Positions 55,490 through 64,000 of a stretch of DNA of 64,000 nt are shown piece after piece; the first letter of the stretch is position 1; every line of letters starts with the position of its first letter. The notes under the pieces are model-generated. The model did not search any database and was not told where the DNA came from. It saw nothing but the letters and a program-made list of their open reading frames with translations. This stretch comes from Gemmatimonas sp. (GTDB lineage Bacteria; Gemmatimonadota; Gemmatimonadetes; Gemmatimonadales; Gemmatimonadaceae). The position numbers and the translations under genes are program-made. Location: positions 4,064,001-4,128,000 of the forward strand of contig OZ257156.1 of assembly GCA_965279375.1 (NCBI GenBank), in the 5' to 3' direction.

Positions 55490-57451
55490 ATGAGTTCTCA
55501 GGCCACCAGCACACCGGAGCCCTCGCTGGCCCGCGTCCTCGATCCGAGTCGCGGGCCTCTGCGTATCGAGGCTTCGCCTGATCTTCCCTCCGATGCTGCG
55601 CTGCGTTCGCGCGAGCGCATTCCAACCATCATCGTCGACGATCACGAAGCGCTTGCCCGCATGGTGGCCGCGCGTATCGCGACACTCATTCGCGATCGCG
55701 CCGCCGCCAATCGCAAGATCGTGCTCGGCCTCGCGACCGGATCCACGCCGATCGGTGTCTATCGCGAGTTGATCCGCCTGCATCGCGAAGAACAGCTGAG
55801 CTTTGCGAACGTCGTGACGTTCAATCTCGACGAGTACTACCCGATGCCGCCCGCGAGCATCCACTCGTATCATCGATTCATGTGGGAGAATCTCTTCTCG
55901 CACGTGGACATCGACGCGGCGAACGTGCATCTGCTGGACGGCACACTCGCGCGCGCCGATGTCGAAGCGGCCTGCCGCGCCTACGAAGACGCGATCGTCG
56001 CGGCGGGTGGCATCGATTTCCAGCTTCTCGGTATCGGCAAGACCGGCCACATCGGCTTCAACGAGCCCGGCTCGGGTGAGTCGAGCCGGACGCGCATCAT
56101 CCATCTCGATCACGTCACCCGCCGCGACGCCTCGGCGGATTTCTTCGGCGAAGAGAACGTGCCGCGCGAAGCGATCACGATGGGTATCGCGACGATCCTC
56201 GCTGCGCGTGAAATCGCCATTCTGGCGACAGGCGAGCACAAATCGGGCGTCGTCAAGCGCGCTGTCGAAGGCGAGATCGATCGCGACGTCGCCGCGACGT
56301 TCCTGCAGCGTCATCCGTCCACCACGTTTTTTGTGGACGAATCGGCTGCGGTCGAACTCACGCGAGTCGCGACTCCATGGCTGCTCGATGAAATCACGTG
56401 GACCGACGCGCTCGAAACGCGCGCGGTGACGTGGCTGGCCGGACGCACGGGCAAGGCGATTCTCAAGCTCACGCACCAGGACTACGCCGATCATCAGCTC
56501 ACGTCGCTGGTCGCGCGCCACGGCTCGCCCGGCGCGGTGAATGGTCTCGTGTTCAACGTCCTCGGCGCCAAGATCAAGGGCAAGAGCAAGCTGCCGCGCG
56601 CGAAGCGCGTGATCTGCTTCTCGCCGCACCCAGACGACGACGTGATCTCGATGGGTGGCATCCTGCGCAAGTTCGTCGAGAACGAGAACGACATGACCGT
56701 CGCGTACATGACGAGCGGCAACATCGCCGTGTTCGATCATGATGTGCGCCGCTACATGGATTTCCTCGAGCGGTTGGACCGCGAGCGCATCAGCGATGGC
56801 ACTGCAGTACGCCAGCTCGCGGAAACCGTGGATGCCTTCCTGACCAACAAGCACGCCGGCCAGGTCGATATTCCGGAAGTGCAGGACATCAAGCGCATCA
56901 TCCGCGAGTCCGAAGCGGTGAGCGGCATCGAAGTGATGGGTCTCAATCGCTCGCATGCGCGCTTCCTCAACCTGCCCTTCTATCAGACAGGCAAGGTGCG
57001 CAAGGATCCGATCGGTCCTGCCGACGTGAGAATCGTGGCCGATCTGCTCCGCGAGCTCAAGCCGGAAATCGTCTTCGTGGCCGGCGACCTTTCCGATCCG
57101 CACGGCACCCATCGCATGTGCAAGGAAGCGATCGATGCTGCGCTCATTGAAGTGTACGGCGACGGTGCGGTGGCGCCGGCGCGTCCGGAAGTGTGGCTCT
57201 ACCGCGGTGCGTGGCAGGAGTGGCCGGTGACTGAAGCCACGACGCTCGTCCCGCTCTCGCAGGAAGAGCTGACGCTCAAGATCCAGGCGATCTTCAAGCA
57301 TCAGTCGCAGAAAGACTCGGCTCCCTTCCCCGGCCAGGACGAACGCGAGTTCTGGCAGCGCGTCGAACAGCGCAACAAGGCCACGTCGGCGCAGCTCGAT
57401 CGATTGGGACTCGCAGAATACTTCGCGATGGAAGCGTATGTCATCGTCTAA
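55490..57451 (+). CDS. nagB: Glucosamine-6-phosphate deaminase fused to a PIG-L/LmbE deacetylase domain
   Basis: GLATGSTP, FNLDEY, GIGKTGHIGFNEPG; C-terminal SPHPDDDVISMGG, DPHGTH, HQSQ. Confidence 0.92.
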   Translation: MSSQATSTPEPSLARVLDPSRGPLRIEASPDLPSDAALRSRERIPTIIVDDHEALARMVAARIATLIRDRAAANRKIVLGLATGSTPIGVYRELIRLHREEQLSFANVVTFNLDEYYPMPPASIHSYHRFMWENLFSHVDIDAANVHLLDGTLARADVEAACRAYEDAIVAAGGIDFQLLGIGKTGHIGFNEPGSGESSRTRIIHLDHVTRRDASADFFGEENVPREAITMGIATILAAREIAILATGEHKSGVVKRAVEGEIDRDVAATFLQRHPSTTFFVDESAAVELTRVATPWLLDEITWTDALETRAVTWLAGRTGKAILKLTHQDYADHQLTSLVARHGSPGAVNGLVFNVLGAKIKGKSKLPRAKRVICFSPHPDDDVISMGGILRKFVENENDMTVAYMTSGNIAVFDHDVRRYMDFLERLDRERISDGTAVRQLAETVDAFLTNKHAGQVDIPEVQDIKRIIRESEAVSGIEVMGLNRSHARFLNLPFYQTGKVRKDPIGPADVRIVADLLRELKPEIVFVAGDLSDPHGTHRMCKEAIDAALIEVYGDGAVAPARPEVWLYRGAWQEWPVTEATTLVPLSQEELTLKIQAIFKHQSQKDSAPFPGQDEREFWQRVEQRNKATSAQLDRLGLAEYFAMEAYVIV

Positions 57452-57478
57452 CCTGCCATCGTTCAACAAGCGGGTCTC

Positions 57479-59014
57479 GTGACCGGTCGCTTCAATCTTC
57501 TGGATCTGCTGGTGCTGCTGGCCTACCTGACCGGCACAACAGCGCTGGGCATGTGGATCGGCCGAGGACAGCGCACGGCGAACGAGTACTTCGTGGCAGA
57601 GCGCGCGATCCCGTGGTGGGCGGTGCTCTTCTCCATCGTGGCGAGTGAAACGTCTGCGCTGACGTTCATCAGCATTCCCGGGTTGTCGTACGTCGGCAAC
57701 CTCGGGTTTCTCGAGGTCGTCGCAGGCTACATCGTTGGACGAATCGTCGTGGCGTACACGCTGTTGCCGCGGTATTTCGCCGGCAACCTCGTCACGGCGT
57801 ACGCACTCCTCGAAACACGCTTCGGTCTCGGCACACGCCGCTTCACGTCGATCGTGTTCATGATCACGCGTGCGCTGGCAGATGCGGTGCGCGTCTTCGC
57901 AACCGCTATTCCGGTGGCATTGATCATCGGTCCTGTCATGCCGGCCGAGTACACCATGCCCGCGGCCATCATCGTGCTGGGCGTCCTCACGGTCATCTAC
58001 ACGTACCGCGGCGGCATGAAGGCCGTGGTGTGGACGGAGTTGTTGCAGGCAAGCATTTATCTGTTCGGCGGGCTCTCCGCGATCGTGCTGATTGGCGGTG
58101 CGGTGGACGGCGGCTGGAGCACGATCATCGACAAGGCTGGCGCGGCAGGCAAGCTGCAAGCCATCGACTGGTACGCAGGCTTCGATCGACCGCACACGAT
58201 GTTCGCCGGCATCATCGGCGGTGCGTTCCTCGCCATGGCATCGCACGGCGCGGATCAGATCATCGTGCAGCGGTTGCTCTCCAGCCGTTCACTCAAGCAG
58301 GCGCAGGTGGCAATCATCGGCAGCGGCTTCGCCGTATTCGCGCAGATGACGCTCTTCCTGTTCGTCGGCCTCGGTCTGTGGGTGCTGTACGAAGGACGCC
58401 CGTTCTCGGCGGCGGATCAGATCTTCCCGACGTACATCATCGAGCGCATGCCGCATGGCCTCATCGGCCTGATTGTCGCGGCCATCATCGCGGCCACGAT
58501 GAGCACGCACTCCGGCGCGATCAATGCGCTGGCTGCGTCGTCCACGCACGACATCTACTTGCCGTTCACGGGACGCAGCCCGGATGATCCGCGCACGCTC
58601 AAGGTCGGCAAGCTGTTCGCGCTTGGCTGGGGCATCGTGCTTACGCTTGGCGCGCTGATGTTCAAGGAGAACGGGACGCCCGTCGTCGTGATTGCGCTGT
58701 CGATCGCTTCCTTCACACAGGGCGGACTGCTGGGCGGTTTCTTCCTCGGCATGTTCTGGTCGCGCGCCATTCAGCGCGATGCGATACTTGGAATGAGCGT
58801 GGGCATCAGCTGCATGGCGTTCATCGTATTCGCCAAGCAGATCGTGGCCGCCTATCCGTCCACTGCCAGCACGCTTGGTGGCGTGGCGACGATCGCGTGG
58901 CCGTGGTATGTGCTCATCGGTCTCTCGATTACCTTCGTGACGGGGATGTTGTCCTCCTTCACGCACGCGGCGCCGAGTGGCGCGCCGCTTCCTTCCACTC
59001 GGACTCGCGCATGA
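57479..59014 (+). CDS. Sodium:solute symporter (SSS family)
   Basis: EYFVAERAIPWW, SIVASETS, GGMKAVVWTE, DQIIVQRLL, many TM segments. Confidence 0.92.
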   Translation: MTGRFNLLDLLVLLAYLTGTTALGMWIGRGQRTANEYFVAERAIPWWAVLFSIVASETSALTFISIPGLSYVGNLGFLEVVAGYIVGRIVVAYTLLPRYFAGNLVTAYALLETRFGLGTRRFTSIVFMITRALADAVRVFATAIPVALIIGPVMPAEYTMPAAIIVLGVLTVIYTYRGGMKAVVWTELLQASIYLFGGLSAIVLIGGAVDGGWSTIIDKAGAAGKLQAIDWYAGFDRPHTMFAGIIGGAFLAMASHGADQIIVQRLLSSRSLKQAQVAIIGSGFAVFAQMTLFLFVGLGLWVLYEGRPFSAADQIFPTYIIERMPHGLIGLIVAAIIAATMSTHSGAINALAASSTHDIYLPFTGRSPDDPRTLKVGKLFALGWGIVLTLGALMFKENGTPVVVIALSIASFTQGGLLGGFFLGMFWSRAIQRDAILGMSVGISCMAFIVFAKQIVAAYPSTASTLGGVATIAWPWYVLIGLSITFVTGMLSSFTHAAPSGAPLPSTRTRA

Positions 59015-59961
59015 GCGCCGGCCCACTCGATCCCATGCCGCTCGTCGTCGGAGTTGACGGCGGCGGCACTCGCACACGTGTCGTGCTCGCCGACGCCGCG
59101 GGCAACGTGCTCGCGCGCACCGAGGGCGCGGCCACGTCGCTGCAGCCCGGCCACGAGTCCGTTGCGGCCGACATCATCAAGGTGCTCATCGCCGACGTGC
59201 TGGCGATGGCGGAGCGCACGGAAACTCGTCCGGCGGTCTGCGTCGTTGGCGTGGCGGGAGCGGGCCAGGAGCGTACGGCGCAAGCGCTGTGGTCCGCGCT
59301 GGCGTCGCGTCGCATTGCCGATGACGTGTCGGTGCAGGCCGATGCGACGATCGCGATGGACGACGCGTTTGGCGACTCCGCCGGTGTGCTGCTCATCGCC
59401 GGTACTGGCTCCGTGGCGTTCTCGCGTGCACCGGATGGCCGGTTGGAGCGTTGCGGTGGATGGGGTCCCAACATTGGCGACGAGGGCAGTGCCGCATGGC
59501 TCGGCCGTCGTGCGCTGAGCGTCGTGACGGCGGCAAGCGATGGCCGCGAGCCCGATACCGCGCTCACCGGAGCACTGCTGACCGCGCTCGAGCTCGAGTC
59601 GCTGGATGAGCTGATCCCGTGGGCGGCGGATGCGACGCCCGGAAAGCTCGCGGCGTTGGCGCCCGTAGTGGCCAAGGTTGCGTCCACCGGCGATCTGCGT
59701 GCCAATGCGCTCATCAGTCTGTGCGTGGAAGAGCTCTCGCTGCACGTGCGCACGTTGGCGCGTCGTTGCTTCATGGACGAGCGCGCGGCGATTCCTGTGG
59801 CGTTGGCCGGCGGGCTGATGTCCAAGGGTTCGCTGGTGCGGAAGCGCCTCGAGCAGCGTCTCAAGAGCGCCGTGCCGGGCGCGATGGTGCGTGCCGACGA
59901 TGTCGACGCAGCGCGCGGTGCAATTCGTCGTGCGCGCCGACTGCTGGGTGTCGAGGTGTAA
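59011..59961 (+). CDS. BadF/BadG-type N-acetylglucosamine/N-acetylmuramate kinase
   Basis: VGVDGGGTRT, LIAGTGS, GGWGPNIGDEGSA; ATGA overlap with the symporter. Confidence 0.85.
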   Translation: MSAGPLDPMPLVVGVDGGGTRTRVVLADAAGNVLARTEGAATSLQPGHESVAADIIKVLIADVLAMAERTETRPAVCVVGVAGAGQERTAQALWSALASRRIADDVSVQADATIAMDDAFGDSAGVLLIAGTGSVAFSRAPDGRLERCGGWGPNIGDEGSAAWLGRRALSVVTAASDGREPDTALTGALLTALELESLDELIPWAADATPGKLAALAPVVAKVASTGDLRANALISLCVEELSLHVRTLARRCFMDERAAIPVALAGGLMSKGSLVRKRLEQRLKSAVPGAMVRADDVDAARGAIRRARRLLGVEV

Positions 59962-59976
59962 CCGTCGCTTCAGGCG

Positions 59977-60021
59977 AAGAAAAAGAGCCGCACGGCAATT
60001 CTCCGCGCGGCTCTTTCGTTT
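59977..60021. terminator. Bidirectional intrinsic terminator between convergent kinase and DAACS genes
   Basis: AAAAAGAGCCGC...GCGGCTCTTTCGTTT. Confidence 0.8.
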
Positions 60022-60036
60022 GTGCCACCTCGTCGA

Positions 60037-61317
60037 TCAGGCCGCGACCGCGACCTCTGGCTCCGGTTCGCCAAGCACGCCTTCCCAACGCGCCATCACT
60101 GCCGTCGCGAGGCAATTGCCCAACAGATTCACCGACGTGCGCGCCATGTCCATGATCGCGTCGACGCCGAGGATGACAGCGATGCCTTCGAGCGGCAGGC
60201 CGAACTGCGCCAGTGCGCCCGAGAGAATCACCAGCGACGCACGCGGCACCGCGGCAACGCCCTTGGACGTCAGCATGAGCGTAAGCATCATGAGCAGCTG
60301 TTGACTGAGCGGCATGTCGATACCGGCCGCCTGCGCCACGAACACCGATGCGATGGCGAGATAGAGCGTGGAGCCGTCGAGGTTGAACGAGTAGCCCGTG
60401 GGCAACACGAACGACACGATGCGACGCGGCACGCCGAACTTCTCCATCGCCGTCATCGCCTGCGGGAACGCCGCCTCGCTCGACGCCGTGGTGAACGCGA
60501 TCAGCCACGGTTCACGCACCGATTTCCAGAACTTGGCGATCGGGATGCGCATGATCAGCGCGACCGGTACGAGGATGACCAGGACAAACACGATCAGCGA
60601 TACGTAGAGCGTGCCCACCAGCTTGGCGAGATTGAGCATCACGCCCAGCCCGCTCTTTCCGACCGTCACACCGATCGCCGCACCGATGCCGATGGGTGCG
60701 TAGGCCATCACGATACCGACGAACTTGAACATCACGTCGCTGAGCGACTGCAGCCAGTCGAGCATGATCTTCTTGGACGGTCCTTCGACGCGCGCGAGCG
60801 CGACGGCGAAGATGATCGCGAAGAAGACGATCTGCAGCACTTCATTGTTGGCTGCCGCTTCGAAGAAGCTCTGCGGCACCGTGTGCTCGAGCACCGACGC
60901 GAACGTCGGTGTCTTGGCTGCCAGCGCTTTGAACTCGTCGCTTCCGCCCGCAGACGACAGCTGCACGCCCACGCCCGGCTTCACCCAATTCACCGCGATC
61001 AAGCCGATCGCGAGGGCGGCCGTCGTCACGATTTCGAAATAGATGATCGATCGCAGTGCGAGCTTCCCGACTTTCTTCATGTCGTCGCCGTGGCCGGCAA
61101 TGCCGACCACGAGCGTGCTGAAGAGCAGTGGCACGATCAACGACTTGATCATGCGCAGGAAGATGTTCGCGAACGGCTTCAGATTGGCTGCGATGTCAGG
61201 TGCCTGCCATCCGATCAGGATGCCAACCACCATCGAAATCAGAATCCACTGCGAGAAGCCGATGCCGAGGAAGCCACGGCTCTTTGGCGCGGGCGAAGCA
61301 GCTGCAGAGTGTGCCAT
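60037..61317 (-). CDS. Dicarboxylate/amino acid:cation symporter (GltP/DctA family)
   Basis: FLRMIK, AFTTASSEAA, PTGYSFNLDG, SKGVAAVP, DMARTSVN. Confidence 0.94.
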   Translation of the reverse strand: MAHSAAASPAPKSRGFLGIGFSQWILISMVVGILIGWQAPDIAANLKPFANIFLRMIKSLIVPLLFSTLVVGIAGHGDDMKKVGKLALRSIIYFEIVTTAALAIGLIAVNWVKPGVGVQLSSAGGSDEFKALAAKTPTFASVLEHTVPQSFFEAAANNEVLQIVFFAIIFAVALARVEGPSKKIMLDWLQSLSDVMFKFVGIVMAYAPIGIGAAIGVTVGKSGLGVMLNLAKLVGTLYVSLIVFVLVILVPVALIMRIPIAKFWKSVREPWLIAFTTASSEAAFPQAMTAMEKFGVPRRIVSFVLPTGYSFNLDGSTLYLAIASVFVAQAAGIDMPLSQQLLMMLTLMLTSKGVAAVPRASLVILSGALAQFGLPLEGIAVILGVDAIMDMARTSVNLLGNCLATAVMARWEGVLGEPEPEVAVAA

Positions 61318-61328
61318 TGCGTGGGGTG

Positions 61329-63512
61329 TCAGATGAACAGCGGAGCAAGCACGAGTGTGATCGTCGAGAGCAGCTTGATCAGCACGTGCAACGACGGGCC
61401 TGCGGTGTCCTTGAACGGATCGCCGACAGTATCACCAACAACGGCCGCCTTGTGCGCGTCAGACTTCTTGCCGCCGTAGACACCCGTCTCGATGTACTTC
61501 TTGGCGTTGTCCCACGCGCCGCCACCGTTGTTCAGGAAGCCGGCCATCAGAATGCCGACCACCGTCGCGATCATCAGGAAGCCGGCGACTGCTTCGGCGC
61601 CAAGATGTTCATCCGGCGCGGAGAGCGCCTTGAATACGAGGCCCACGCCAATCGGGAACGCGAGCACGAGGAAGCCAGGGAGCACCATCGCCTTGAGCGC
61701 GCCCACCGTCACGATGTCCACGCACGCCGCGTAGTCCGGCTCTTCGGTGCCCTTCATGATGCCCGGGCGCTCCTCGAACTGACGACGCACTTCGGCGATG
61801 ACGCTCTGCGCGGCCTTGGACACTGCGGTCATCGCGAGCGACGAGAACCAGAACACGAGCATGCCGCCGATCAGCGCGCTGACGAACACCTGCGGCTTGC
61901 TGAGATCGACATGCAGCGCCTGGCCCGTGTAGTTCTTCACTTCGTCGAGATACGCGGAGAACAGCAGGAACGCGGCGAGTGCCGCCGAACCGATCGCGTA
62001 GCCCTTGGTAAGCGCCTTGGTCGTGTTGCCAACCGCGTCGAGCTTGTCGGTCTTGTTGCGGATCTCTTCGGGCTGCTTGGACATTTCGACGATGCCGCCG
62101 GCGTTGTCCGTGATCGGACCAAACACGTCCATCGCCAGGATGTAGCCGGCCGTGCCGAGCATGCCCATGGTGGCCACGGCGGTACCAAACAGACCACCAG
62201 CCGCTTCGCCATCGATCATGATGCCGCTGGACCGGCCGAGCATGAAGCTGCCGACCAAGGCAATCGCGATCGTGAATACCGGCAACACCGTGGACTCCAT
62301 GCCGACCGACAAGCCCATGATGATGTTCGTGGCGGGACCGGTCTGCGACGCTTCCGCGATGCTGAGCACCGGGCGGTAGCGATATTCGGTGTAGTACTGC
62401 GTGATGAAGACGAACGCGATGGACGTCACGACGCCGATCATGGCGCAGCCGAAATAGTGGAGCCACGCGTTCGGAGCATCGGGCGTGACGAGCAGCCACT
62501 TGCAGGCAAAGAAGATCGCGACGCTGACGAGTGCGGCGGTGATGTAGTAGCCGCGGTTGAGCGCCTTCATCGGGTCCGCGTCTTCGGTCGTGCTCACGCT
62601 CATCACACCGACGATGGAGCAGACGAGGCCGAGCGAGCCGATCACGAGCGGGAAGAGAATGCCTGCGACGCCAAACGACTTGAACAGCAGCACGCCGAGG
62701 ATCATCGCGCCGATGTTTTCGGCAGCGGTGGATTCGAACAAGTCGGCACCGCGACCAGCGCAGTCACCCACGTTGTCGCCCACGAGGTCGGCGATCACAG
62801 CCGGGTTGCGCGGATCGTCTTCAGGGATGCCCGCTTCGACCTTACCCACGAGGTCCGCGCCGACGTCAGCCGCCTTGGTGTAGATACCGCCACCCAGCTG
62901 GGCGAAGAGCGCCACAAACGAAGCGCCGAAACCATAGCCGACGATCAGGAACGGAATCTTGGTCGCCCAGACCTGCGAATCCATTCCCGCGGGAATCATC
63001 GCTGAGATCAGCGCGAACAAGCCACCAACGCCGAGCAACGACATCGACACGGTGAAGAGTCCCGATACAGCGCCGCCGCGCAATGCGGTCTGCAGCGCGG
63101 CGTTGAGCGAGGTCATTGCCGCAGCGGCAACCCGGATGTTCGTCCGAATGGAAACCCACATGCCACCGTAGCCCGCGATGCCCGACGACAGCGCACCGAG
63201 CAGGAACGAGAGCACGATGAAGAGCGCGAAGACCTTCGGGTCATCGACCGGATCGGTCGCGTTGTGCGAGCGAATCAATCCGTAACCGACACCGAGCACC
63301 ACCGCGACCAACACGGCGAGCATCGCGATCGTCTTGTTCTGTCGGGCGAGATAGGCCTCGGCGCCGACCTGAATGGCGTTGGAAATCTTTTGCATCGCGG
63401 GGGTGCCTGTACCTCGCGCCAGAACCCAGCGCGCAAGGAACACCGCGAAGATGAGAGCGAACACGCTCCCGCCGAGAATGATCGAGAGGAGCAGCGACTG
63501 AGACGCAATCAT
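61329..63512 (-). CDS. hppA: Membrane H+-translocating pyrophosphatase, K+-independent type
   Basis: GGIYTKAADVGADLVGKVEAGIPEDDPRNPA, DNVGDCAG, GNTTKA, GGAWDNAKK, GDTVGDPFKDTAGP. Confidence 0.95.
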   Translation of the reverse strand: MIASQSLLLSIILGGSVFALIFAVFLARWVLARGTGTPAMQKISNAIQVGAEAYLARQNKTIAMLAVLVAVVLGVGYGLIRSHNATDPVDDPKVFALFIVLSFLLGALSSGIAGYGGMWVSIRTNIRVAAAAMTSLNAALQTALRGGAVSGLFTVSMSLLGVGGLFALISAMIPAGMDSQVWATKIPFLIVGYGFGASFVALFAQLGGGIYTKAADVGADLVGKVEAGIPEDDPRNPAVIADLVGDNVGDCAGRGADLFESTAAENIGAMILGVLLFKSFGVAGILFPLVIGSLGLVCSIVGVMSVSTTEDADPMKALNRGYYITAALVSVAIFFACKWLLVTPDAPNAWLHYFGCAMIGVVTSIAFVFITQYYTEYRYRPVLSIAEASQTGPATNIIMGLSVGMESTVLPVFTIAIALVGSFMLGRSSGIMIDGEAAGGLFGTAVATMGMLGTAGYILAMDVFGPITDNAGGIVEMSKQPEEIRNKTDKLDAVGNTTKALTKGYAIGSAALAAFLLFSAYLDEVKNYTGQALHVDLSKPQVFVSALIGGMLVFWFSSLAMTAVSKAAQSVIAEVRRQFEERPGIMKGTEEPDYAACVDIVTVGALKAMVLPGFLVLAFPIGVGLVFKALSAPDEHLGAEAVAGFLMIATVVGILMAGFLNNGGGAWDNAKKYIETGVYGGKKSDAHKAAVVGDTVGDPFKDTAGPSLHVLIKLLSTITLVLAPLFI

Positions 63513-63837
63513 GAGCTGGACACTCGCCAGGTGGAGATGACGAAAGGACCGCTATGGACGTCGGGGAGAACCGCGTGATGGTTCGCGCGGGGCTGAGCGG
63601 CGTCACCGTGGAAGGATGCTCCGGTCGACGCAGCGCAAATGCGAGCGAAACCGGGAGCGCGTTGCCATGCGGAGACGGGCCTCATGAGGCCTTTCCGTCA
63701 CAGAACGTCGGCAAGGTACAGGCGGGGGCACTACTCAGCCAGACCACAAACGACGGAACGTTCACGTCGCGACTCGGCCCGTGGCCTCGGGGATCCAGCA
63801 ATGGAATGCGCGCGAGCGAGCGGCGCGAGCCGACGAC

Positions 63838-63999
63838 CTACAGTGAGTAGGTAATCTCGGCCTTGGCCCGCACCGGGACGCCGGAGGCGTTCACCGCAGG
63901 GCGGAAACGAATGGCGGCAAGCGCGTCACGCAGCTTGCGATTGTAGGAGCCGTCCTTGGTCGGTGTGAACTGCAGGTCCACCACCTTTCCCGTTGAATC
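63838..63999 (-). CDS. C-terminus of a TonB-like protein; runs off window end
   Basis: Manual translation: DSTGKVVDLQFTPTKDGSYNRKLRDALAAIRFRPAVNASGVPVRAKAEITYSL*; RFxPA..GxPV pattern. Confidence 0.7.
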   Translation of the reverse strand, partial: DSTGKVVDLQFTPTKDGSYNRKLRDALAAIRFRPAVNASGVPVRAKAEITYSL

Positions 64000-64000
64000 G

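Overview
A high-GC (roughly two-thirds G+C by eye), gene-dense, mostly core-genome bacterial window. Protein style and gene content suggest Gemmatimonadota (inference only). Most genes are on the minus strand. In order: partial NAD-dependent epimerase, LysM protein, ssb, rimI/tsaB/HD-GYP/tsaE/uvrB, an orphan chemoreceptor (+) with a sigma-28-like promoter, then rel/radC/secA/nadD/bamD. Next is a nucleotide-sugar block (wbpA/E/B/D-like, carB, rmd, gmd) and a stand-alone alpha ribosomal operon (rpmJ-rpsM-rpsK-rpsD-rpoA-rplQ-rpmB) with a long structured leader. Then pyrF/pyrD/amidase/smpB, tRNA-Leu(CAG) and an Rrf2 regulator. A long overlapping-gene run links a PIP-synthase-like gene and myo-inositol-1-phosphate synthase to a 2-oxoacid dehydrogenase, several unknown small proteins, atypical PHP and SDR enzymes, a Cys-rich unknown protein, trxB and an aspartase-like gene. 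A peptidoglycan/amino-sugar scavenging locus follows (NamZ, NagZ, AmiE-like, IscA, NagB-PIG-L fusion, SSS symporter, BadF kinase), then a DAACS symporter, a K+-independent H+-PPase and a partial TonB-like gene. I found no CRISPR array, prophage, IS or integrase. The best novelty candidates are the inositol-lipid/keto-acid dehydrogenase operon with its uncharacterised genes, the NagA-less amino-sugar pathway, and the ribosomal operon leader RNA. All annotations come from motif recognition by eye; no searches were run.
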